This document shows positions 33,911-44,557 of a stretch of 64,000 nucleotides of DNA, one piece after another (the stretch's first letter is position 1; every line of letters begins with the position of its first letter). The stretch is from Phoronis australis (taxonomy: Eukaryota; Animalia; Phoronida). Position numbers and translations under genes: made by a program. The notes under the pieces are model-generated. The model worked only from the letters and a program-made list of their open reading frames with translations. It ran no database searches and was not told the DNA's origin. The DNA is taken from NCBI GenBank assembly GCA_002633005.1, contig NMRA01000609.1:110977-174976 (forward strand). Reading direction: 5' to 3'.

Positions 33911-35817
33911 GACGAGCCCCCAGTGAGCGCTCTCTCGCTACATCTGTTTCAGAAGAAAACCAAAGATTTCTTATATTTTCTTATTCCCAGAGCTGAAGCT
34001 TTTCCTTGAAAACTTAAAAGCTATTCTGCAAACACACAAGACGATTGCGCTGAATTATACGGCAGCGTAAGTTCAGAGTGAGTAACCGTGCGAACTTACA
34101 TGTAATTGGTTGGTGTTATTACACAGAAATACATGTAAAGTAATGGGTTAACACGAAGTCTTGGTGATTCATGAGACGTGTATTAGTGCCAAGTAGATTA
34201 CTTATCGCCACCATATGTCGGGCTTTGGCTGCTGTGAGAATAGTTATTGGTTACAATTATTTTTGTCATAAGATTGTGTTATTTTTATGTAACATTTAAA
34301 CATAAAATTTTTCAATAATTACGTAACTTATAATAAAAAGTTGTCAAGAAGAAAATGTTGCTGTTTTTGTTGTTGTGTTTTTGTGATGTACGTTAAGGCA
34401 TTTGCGAACTTTTTGTAGTTTTAATTTCATTTGTCTAATAAAGTCCAAATTTGTATGCGTTTTTGTCGCAAAGGTGCCATTTTATTGTGACGGACGCAAA
34501 ATTTACGCGCGGGCCTCGGGCGCTCAAACATGTTGAAAGTTTTCCCGATGCCCACTAACTAAAAACAAGCTCTTATCGCCGTGTTTGAATTGATAAAATG
34601 TACTATTTTTTGTCATCAGCAAACACTGTAAAACTGATATTTGAAATCGTGGATTTCTTTATTTTCTATTTATAACTGTCCCACATGTTACTTAAAATAT
34701 GCACATTTCCAGCATTGTTCAGACTTCGAGCTTTGTCGATGAAACTGAACACTTCAGTGCTTTAACTCTGAAGAGTTAAACTATTATTACGCGTTTGTCG
34801 ACGACTTCCCTTTCTCAACGAGCACTGCTTTATACACCCGAATTCCTCTTGCCATGCATTGTATCGCCTTTTGGGTTCTCATCAAGGGTTTTTTTATATG
34901 TATTCAAAATCGAACTATTCTAACTCATTCTACTTTGATACAAAGTCGAGATACAGTACGTGTCTATTTTTTGCGCGGATGAATGTGTAGTCGCCCTGGA
35001 TGATCCCCTTAGGTTGGAGCTACAAACTCTAGTAAAAACGCGAAATTTGGAGTAAAAACTCGAGATTTTGGGTTCAGAATAGAACTTGTAAGTTCGATGT
35101 CAGGGCTAAATATGCATGCGCATTTAATCACAGGGTTCTTGAGCGCTGACGTTGTTGACTCAAGGCAAGTTAATAACTACTTTAAGCAGAATCTAAACAA
35201 ATATAAATATCTGACCGAAGTCTGCTTAAGACAAATCTTATAATGTTACGCAAGCTATTAAGTCTACACGGATGATGAAAACAAAAATGAAAGTCGCATT
35301 TTATAGAAAATGTTGATAACTGCGTTGCAATATGTTGACCAACTTTTCACGTAGACTATTCACAAAATTACCCACCATCTGTTATTTTGACTGTGCATTG
35401 ACATTTTCACGGTTTGCGATTCGTGTAATTCTTCATCTACATGTACGCCACCTGATGGCTGGGAATATAGGTGCAAGTTCTTTGTTTTCCTCGCATGCTT
35501 TATTACGCTTTGGATGACCGCGATCTCTGGCAGTCCATTATAATGGCACGTATCCCTGTACCTGTAAAACTATCGATGGACTTCCTTACGTAGACGTGAG
35601 ACACTCACGTAGAAAGCTAGAGTGATCACGTGTTGCACTTCTACTTTGGAATGTGTCGTGAAGACTTGAGTGTTCTTGCCTTTGTACGAGTCTCTTGCTT
35701 TTGCCAATCATACAGGTCAATCGGAATTGCTATCGTTGCAGTTTGTGCCAGTTTTACTTGTAGCGACATGCATGTAGTAGATGTGTATAAGCTACGAAAG
35801 TAAGGCTTTATAAGATC

Positions 35818-35971
35818 AGGGCCCAGTTGCATTAAAGTTATACGCCGTACAGAAACAATGACGTCGCATTATCACGTGCCTTGTTGTTATGGTTGAACAA
35901 TGCTCCTGACGTCATGCAACAATCAAACTTATCCAGCGGATAACTTTGAAATTTTATGCAAGCCAGCCCAG
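35818..35971. mobile_element. Short MITE (GGGCCCAGTTGCAT TIR)
   Basis: cagggcccagttgcattaaagttat ... ataactttg..ttatgcaagccagcccag. Confidence 0.5.
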
Positions 35972-37646
35972 TTTGATTTCCACATGATTGACATTTTTGA
36001 GACTATGACGTTATCTAGTTAGACTTGGGTGGTGTGCAATCTGTGCATAAGGTCCACATTACAATCGAAACAATTATAATCTTTTGCATTCAGATTAAGG
36101 AATTGTTAATCAATAAATATGGTATTTAGGTTACCTTCATGATGGAGATACTTGCTCTCAAAAACAAAGCTGGTGGAGATACTTGCTGTCAAAAACAAAG
36201 CTGTCGAGAAATTTAGTACACAACTTCGTTGATCTATCGGTATGCATGAGCGAATGCCAAATATGGCAATGTTATCATACAAAAATCAATAATTTTGACG
36301 TTTTCATTTCCAGTCAGTTGTAACGTTCGATAACATCATAGTAAATCTCGGAAATACCACTGCAGGCGACAAATTGTGTTTTTTTGGAATCTGATGAAAA
36401 ATTGCTTGATCTGTCATCTAGAGACAACTAAGAAACTCCATTTACTACGAGGCCACTTCCGACGACTTAGGTAGCAAAGAGATCAACTATTCGTTCTCAA
36501 AATTTTTCGAAATAAAACAATTAAAACACTGAAAACCGGATGACTGTGATTGGAGAATAAGACAAAATGCTGGATAATCTCGCAAGAATCGGTGTACACA
36601 AAACAAATACATGTAGAGTGTTTACATCACGTTGTCTTTCTTTCATCTGTGTTATTTTCGTTGAGAACAAGTTTCAAAGAAATGAGTCATCTTTTAATTT
36701 TTGACCAAATGAAAAAGGACATAATGTATCAACCTTTGCGGCGAGAGCCGTAAATAGCTGACGTCACATATAACGAGTCGATTTTTTGATTAAAACTAGT
36801 TACTCGTCAACCATCACAATTATATGATAATTACGCGGCCAAATTGCATTGCGGACGTAGGAGGTTTAACTCAGGCTATAAACATGGGTATTTCTCTCGA
36901 GATTTCAAAATATAACTAAACTGCTGTTAATTCTGTAAAACTGGAACTTTCTAATATATAATAGTGTCGCAGAATTAGTAGCGTTAGCTCGTTTGGAGGC
37001 ATTGGAAGATAAACTGGTGTTACGTCTTCGCCATACCGTTGGGGTAAGTTTATACTATTGTTTTGATTAAAATTGTATCTTAACAGGTGATTTTGAGAAG
37101 AGCTGATGTTAGCTGTGTTTTTGCATTTCAAGGCTAATGCCAGCGTGTGTATATCTGTACTTATTTGGGATAAGATGGGAACAGGGTTTAATGTGATGCT
37201 GTTGTGGGATAAATGCTTAACGCCGTGTTGCCTAGATAAGCACATGCACGCGCAGTGTAGGACTGACATCAACTTGGTGTTTCTCATTCAAATGAATGTG
37301 TTTCTGGACTTAAAAAGAACTGATGTCGTTGATATGACGAACAAAGCCTCAATTAGCCGGTCGTGACAAGCCAACTTGTTGATCTTGGATTCAGGAAGCA
37401 ACGAACTGTCAGTTCTGTCAAAGCCACCAACTCCACGAAGATGAGATCAATTTCACAACTGTAAGTTATTTAAATCAAACGTTATTTTTAAAAAAGCCTG
37501 TTTTGTGAGAGGGCAGTGAACCCGTGCCTTATGTAAAAACATCTGACTTAAAGAACTTACAGTTATAAAATCGGTCTCGTCTTTTTGTTCCTTAATCAGA
37601 TAAGAGATAATTATTGAGAACGAAAATGGTCAATGTTACAGTATTT

Positions 37647-37758
37647 CGGTAATGGTCGGATATAACGTGCCCGAATTTTGAGAATCAGTTTTGTCCGCTG
37701 AATAACGGGCATCAAACTGGTTCTCAAAATACGGGCACGTTGTATCCGGCTATTGCCG
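37647..37758. repeat. Near-perfect palindrome/hairpin (about 45-bp arms), MITE-like
   Basis: gtcggatataacgtgcccgaattttgagaatcagttt against the reverse complement gccggatacaacgtgcccgtattttgagaaccagttt. Confidence 0.85.
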
Positions 37759-38444
37759 CTACTTCAGACCAGGTCAATAAAAAATGCTGATCACGGCGGG
37801 ATACTTTCAGTCCGCAAGGCAATATGACCGTCAGGGGGAGCTCCAAACTGCGATTTATTGTAACCAATTGATGAGGATGTTTTAGAAGAGCAAACGAGTC
37901 CACCATCTTATAGTTAGTTAGAGTAAAGCCAATTGACCTATCGCAAGCTCTGCCTCCTTGCGTAATGTCGATTAACAAACAATAAGTTTTACCCGGTAAC
38001 CTGTTGGTTTGTTGGGTAAAATGGCGGCTTGGAAACGAAGGTGTGTCAAGAATGATGAGTTCCAAATGGTCAGTTAAGCCCTCAGTCAAAATCCTGGTGA
38101 TAGTTAATTTACGTAGCTGCATTTTTTTCTGTACGTTAACGGGAGGGTAAGAGCTGATAGTTTGTCCACACGTTGTTATCATGCCATACCCTAAATATTC
38201 GCCATCGTTTTCTTCCTGAGATCCACATGTGTTCAATCTTACAGTGCATCTAAAATGCCAGAGATTTTAGCATTGATCCGATAAAGTGCAAAGCCAGCTA
38301 CGTTTTCAATAATTCCTCCCAGTGGCGGATGTAGGATATCATAAGGAGGGGCCAACATTTTGTCTCGCAAAGCACGATTGTAGAGGCGCATAGCGCCGAA
38401 TGGGGCGTTGCCTTTAAAAACAAGCATTTTCCTTGAAAGATCAG

Positions 38445-38518
38445 TATGTGATAAGAACTTGAACTTACGACTCGTCTGCCAGAGTTCTCGTGCTTTACCA
38501 CTAGGCAACCACGCTTCC
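38445..38518 (-). mobile_element. tRNA-derived SINE head (Pol III A/B boxes), truncated
   Basis: Minus strand GGAAGCGTGGTTGCCTAGTGGTAAAGC...GTAAGTTCAAGTTCT; A-box and B-box spacing is tRNA-like but there is no intact cloverleaf. Confidence 0.55.
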
Positions 38519-39189
38519 GCATTATGTATCCTACTGAGAGACATACTTGTTACATGTATGTTCCACGGTGTTTGCTAGCGCGAACCTGCTTCTTTCCGTA
38601 ACGCTTGTTATACGCTTTATATTTTGTGCAACCAGTTCGTAGTAAAAGTTGTTGTGTTTAAAATAGTCTTCAGTTGTCTAAAAGACTAAATCCGTTTCTC
38701 GTGTTGGCATTAACCACGCGATTGCAGTGGAAATCGTCTTAATTTCAATGTTTGACAAAGAGAGAATTATGAGTTTCTGCGTGATTCACTAAGGCTTTTG
38801 ATTAAAATTAACATCCTAACAGCTGCTTCTGTTTCTTCATCGTCACTCAGAATCCGTTTTCATAAAAAATGAAGTAACTGAAGTAATTTTCTTCATTGCA
38901 CAGTGGAGCAGACGACAGAAACGGAGTGGTAGTGCGCAGCGCCACTACCGTTCGTCTTGGGAATTCATGCACCGGGAGCGCCATTGCTTATCCATATTCC
39001 CATTACGATTGCGCCAGTGTTCTGAATTGGACACTTGAAGTAGGGTCTGTGCCCCCCCCCCCCANGTATAATGATAATTACCAGGGTTAATTAATAAACT
39101 CAATATTTCCTCACACTCTTGCTGTTTTATTTTTTTGCCGCCGCTGCCAAGGGGGGGGGGGCGACCCCCCTAAATCCGTCTATGCAACC

Positions 39190-40003
39190 CCATGGCCAGT
39201 ATTCATACTATCGGTTAGACCTCTATGCAAAGAAAAAGTGAGACTTTAAATTATAGCCTTAACTCCGTTACAAGTACAAAATGTTGCTATTGCCGACGCA
39301 AACATCCAGGTATCGGCTAAACAGGGAAACCGAAATCCCAGGGAAACAAACCTGCAATATTCACGTACTGACGGCATGTATTTATAAGATACCACTGTTT
39401 TGGCCCTTTTCTCAATGTTTTAAGAGAAATCTGTTTGTGACAGTCGGTTCTTCTTTGAGCGCAACGTAAAAAGGGTTCGCTCCAGTTCTCCACCACTCGA
39501 GTACGCTGGCGCTGTGAATGCTCAACTCGAGACCCTGGACTCGTGCCTGTGGCGAACGTTGGTGTTTCACACATAGCCGACATGATTTTTGTCGGCTTCA
39601 ATAAAATGAAAAAATTCCGAGGTCAGTGTTACCCCCCGGTGCGTTTGATGTCACAAGCACTGTAACATCAATGAGTGATCGGGGAATCGTCCACTGTTTA
39701 CGTTGGCGTTGGTGTCGTAGTCGGGAATTATTCCATCTTTCTCCAAACGATTTTTCTAGCTCACGAAAAAAGGTCGATTGAAAACAAACTGCAAGCTCAA
39801 GTCCAAGTTCCACCGATTAGTGCTAACACCAACACAGCCGATTTAAGCCAATTCGGAGCTACTTTGCACATCACCGGCACCTGTTCTCGCTCCAGCTCAT
39901 TGCCAATGTCGTCAACTTCCTTGCCATTGCTTTTGGCAGACAAATCCGATTGCTCGCTTTGAAAGCGCATGAGTTCCTCGTTAAAATCGGACATATTCTC
40001 CAT
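39190..40003 (-). pseudogene. Decayed intronless ORF with type II membrane topology (unidentified)
   Basis: MENMSDFNEELMRFQSEQ...acidic N-tail, then hydrophobic SAVLVLALIGGTWT*ACSLFSIDLF, a Thr/Pro stalk-like TTTPTPT, and coding-like frames broken by stops and frameshifts. Confidence 0.35.
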
Positions 40004-40632
40004 TGTTTACCCGGTACTCATGATAAACTCATGAACACTGCTTACGTCATCACACGCTCGCTTTGGAGAATTGAGACTATGATCATGAAAAGGGCGATTT
40101 ACATGTAGTCATGCAAGCGCGTAGGGCATTGTGGACAATCACTTAGTGAAGTATATGTCAATTCAGACACAACGATATTTTACTTCTCAAAACACAAAAA
40201 CCTGGAATTTGTAATTTAAACAAAGATGCACAAACCCAGGAGTAGAACACATTGGGGTCCGCGTAAGGCTCATAGATTAAACAGAGGCTCATCCAGTTAT
40301 GGTTCTTTGCTCCTAAACTGATAACCGAACATCATTAAGTTCATCATTTAATTGATTTTGCAATTTTAAAAGATAAATGTGCACTGTATGCACTGTGCAA
40401 AAATTTTTGAGGATGTTCGGCACAGTTTGGCGAAAAGTCATCAAGTTGTCGTTATTTTACGACTTGTAGAAATTTCTAAAACATTTGAATACTTTGTTTA
40501 TTTCAAGTAACAGGTTATTTTATCATAAAACTGTCTTTGATTTGAGATATTTATTTTAATATCAAATACATGTAACACCACGTGGAGCTCCATTTTACAA
40601 TGAAGTCCTTATAAACAATAGGTAAACCTTAA

Positions 40633-42364
40633 AGGAGAATGCCACCCAAAAAACAACCTATTTTGTGTCAATTTAGATCGAGTAGTTCCACTCGATAACA
40701 GCAAGTTCAGTTGTTTAACCTGACACCTGACGGCAGACGGAGGTGTTGAAATTAACCAATGACGTAATCGGTTCGAACTCAGTCTGTTCAGCCGTTCACA
40801 ACACACTTCCTGGTGTCAACTTACCGCTTTAATGCATGGTTTTACACCAATAAGTCATCAAATTTCGATGTAAAACCCTTACAAATACACCGAGTTCTTG
40901 AACAAACGTGTTGTTTTATTTAACTGTTACGGATTTATACTGTAGGTGTATGAACTTACGGTAGCCTACAGAGTTCGGTCAAGGAGTGTAGACTCCTAGG
41001 TTCGGTAGGCCAATTTATCATGGTCGATCGCGGGAGTTTGGATCTGTTTGGTGATAAATTCGAATCATTCTTCCGTGAAATACAGACATGGAAGATATCT
41101 GTGTGTTGTACTTTTAGACTTGCGATTTTTTTTCAGTTCTAAACACACAAAACGCTTGTTATCCCAGCCAGTCCCGCGGTCGGAACCCCGGCGATCAGGC
41201 CCCTCGGGCTGCCGGGACTGAGCATCACGAACATCAGCCAGCTTAAGTTGGAAACTAAGCCTTCAGTCACGGAAATACTATACTAGTAAGCCAAATAAAT
41301 AATGTGCACGTAATTATTTTGGGGAATTAGCCACGAAACTGCAAATCTACTTACTTGTCGGGGTCCGCGAAGTCAAGTTGCCATTTTACAGAACCGTCAG
41401 GGCAAAAGTTGTACACTAACAGTGATGTGAATAATTTATTTGTATATCTAAATAAAGATTCCCCTAACATGTGACCATAGCATATAAAATCGTGTTATTG
41501 TTTCACAACAGCTTTCTGTCAGCAAACACTGAATTAGCATGCGGCCACGGTGCCCGGTCAATTACCTTGTTGCATCTGAAGCCGCGGAAACGCAGTGGTT
41601 TATTCATTGCTGGCTTCTCAAAACGTTTGCTCTCACGAATACGCCAAAGGCATTATCTAATGAGACAGACTTTGTTTAAGATTTATGTAAGCATTGGCGG
41701 ATCTAGGATACCCTAAGGGGGAGCCCAACATGTTGTCTCGGGGAATCTGCGATTGTATGTGTAGCTCAGGCCCGAAGTAGCCAGAGCCGGGTGTGTGAAC
41801 CATCTGTTCGGGAAACCTACCGGTGGACTAACAAAAAAGAAAAAAAAAAACGCCGCTATCTGGGGCACCCCCTTCTCCGCGTCCTAGTTGCTTACTCAAT
41901 ATGTTTTCACGCTTCACGCTGCTCTTCCATTTTGCTTCCGGCAGCCAAGGGGGGGGGGCGGATAGTGCTTTGGTAAGCCGGCATTCGCCGGTCTCACTGT
42001 CGACGATTGCCGGCCACAGACACGGAGATGGTTCACAGCCTCATACTTGCTATTTACAGCACATTTTTCATTCTTCACCACCGCGAGCTACTTCCTATGC
42101 ATTTCGGGCTCTTGTGGAAGTCGAAAAAAACGACATAATCACTTTCCTCGCAAACGTCATAGTTCGTACAAGCGGGAACGATGCAAAGCAACATATCGGC
42201 ATTCACTCTACAAATGAACCACTGACGTCGCTGCATCGTTTCTCACATTCCTCACAGGTTAACGCGACACACAGGGTAAGGTCGACCGTACATGTATGCG
42301 AGACGATGTGGGTATAGACCGATTAAGACGGTAAAAAGCTAATTACATCGGGTGGCATTCTCCT
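40633..42364. mobile_element. 1.7-kb non-autonomous Kolobok-like DNA transposon
   Basis: Perfect 15-bp TIRs AGGAGAATGCCACCC / GGGTGGCATTCTCCT with TTAA on both sides; contains a nested CATTGGCGGATCTAG MITE fragment from 41692. Confidence 0.85.
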
Positions 42365-42430
42365 TTAAGGGCCGTGACGTACTTCAAACCAGCCAGAAAC
42401 GTTTCAACTTCGATTATCCCTAATCCAGTG

Positions 42431-42689
42431 CATGCGCGCACCCAGGGGGCGGCTTTGAGGCTCAAAAGAACCCCTTCCCTCATTTGACGAAGAGAACAAA
42501 AAGGTCCGCCTCAGAGTAACAAAACTCCGGAAAAATAGAAAACGAGACAAAAGTCCACTAAAAAGCAAGAAACTACCAAAATTCGGCGAATACACAATTC
42601 ATAGCTCTGAAGGTACTCCGTGAAGCTTAGTAAAAGGTCCACATTCGTAAAAATTCGAGCCACCCATTGTTAGGCTGGGTGCGTGCATG
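42431..42689. mobile_element. MITE with CATGCGCGCACCCAG TIRs and 5-bp TSD CAGTG
   Basis: cagtg|catgcgcgcacccag ... ctgggtgcgtgcatg|cagtg. Confidence 0.88.
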
Positions 42690-43837
42690 CAGTGGGATAA
42701 CCATAGTCTTGAAAAAGCGCGCTTGAGAAGGTCAAATGCCTTTTTGACGATGTTTGAACTGACATTGCTCGAAAACTATATCGGCGACTCCTACTCTTTA
42801 TTTCTTACAAAACACGAATAAACGCCAAAATCTGAAGTTTTCAGATTCTCGAAAAAAAAGCTTTACTGAGATCGGTGTAAGAAAATAGGTAAGCCGGAGG
42901 AATATGAAAATAAATAAAACACTGACATTGCGCAGCGCGACTGACCGGTTCCTGACCCAATGTAACTAATGAACTACACAAGAAATTATAATGGCATCAC
43001 TAACCATTCACTACAGGCAGTTCATTATTTCTCAGACCAGACTCATCCGCGGAACGCGAAAAGTAGTCCAGGAGAATATACGTCCGCTAGAGAGAAATAG
43101 TGTGCTCGAGAGAAGAATTTTTTGCACAGGCAGACCCAAGCCAATCATACTAACAGGGCAGTCTGGGTGTCTTCTGCTAAGTGAGGCTCAGTCTCACTTC
43201 ACGGCGAGCATGAATAGCAATTCAACATTTGAGGTGTTTTGAGAGTGAAGTCAATAGCAACAATGTAGAGCACTGAATGTTCTTACACTCCTAAAATACG
43301 TGTGCGTATGTCTACGTTTTTAGCCTAGCGTGGCTGGTAAGTAAAACAAAGCCTGCAATGATTGGAACTGGCCAACTGGGTGATTCGAAGGCACGTAATG
43401 TTCCAATTAAAATAAATATGGTTTAATAAGAAAGTTTGTAATATTTTATTTAGAGGTTGGACTACTTCTGAGCTGAGGCCCATCAGCGTCGGTATATGTT
43501 ATGGCTAAAAGGAGTATTGCAGCCGATTTTGCCGTCGAGCTCTTTCATACATGATGTCTCATTACGAGCGGCATCTGAGAAAAGCCTACGGAGTTAATAA
43601 CAGGCTCATTGAATGAGCATCTAATTTATCCCGTGTATCGCCTTGGGCAGCAAGCCTCATACTTGTTTACGCACTCGTCACGTGTCTAGTCCCACTGTTG
43701 GTGTCTGCATAACACTGTTCGTTAGGCTATCACATCAGCTTCTAGCTGGACAGGTGAAGGTCCAATTTATGACACTAATTCTTGTTCAAAGTATCCCCTT
43801 CGAAATAAAAAGCAGTAGTTGGATAACTAATACTTAA

Positions 43838-44311
43838 GGTTATGCAAGACCCTGGGGTATATCTAATTTGACTTAATTCGGAACATCATATCTGAGAAAC
43901 GGTCAATTGGACTCTTATGAAGCGATGAGATACTACGCTCCATGCATTGTTCTCAAAAATTATGTAAGAATTGATTTTTATAAAGCTCCATTTTCGCGTG
44001 AGGGGCAATCATTTTAAGACATTTGTGATTTTTATAAAAGAAAATCAGACGTTGCATAGAACAAAAATGAAGAGATTATTCAGAAAAATTTTGCTGTACT
44101 TTTGAGATTTCACTCTGAATACTTCCATCAAATAAAAGTGGACACGCTATTGCTAATGTTTCACAATGGATATTCGCTTCGTTTTTTTTTAAGTTTCACT
44201 AAAAGTACTTGGACACGTGACCCAAATTTTTGCAGATAAGTATAAAGTCAAAAATGAGTTCTGTAGACATTTGGCTAAATGCATAAACTTGTCGATAAGG
44301 TTCTCATAACC
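43838..44311. mobile_element. TTAA/GGTTATGCAAGACC element, homologous to 28723-29231
   Basis: ttaa|ggttatgcaagacc ... gtcgataaggttctcataacc|gtaa; shared internal tcggaacatcat and cacgtgacccaa. Confidence 0.7.
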
Positions 44312-44557
44312 GTAATAAAGATTTCGACCCAAGCGAATTTGATACTTCGTCCATGAAAACAACCCGCATAACCAGCGATAATTCTGATAGCTGGATGCAC
44401 GCATAATCCTGTTAAGAAAACCATTTCATTCTCAGGCAGCATGTGTGCCGATTACAAATGCTACGCATCTGACCATCCTCTTCAAAGACTGGGCTATCAG
44501 TTGAGACATTGACGACGCCAGGATTCGGTTGGGACATGTACTGTCGTATAAGATATA

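Noticed and set aside
38445-38518. tRNA gene
   Set aside because: It has A/B boxes but no pairing acceptor or anticodon stems; treated as a SINE head.
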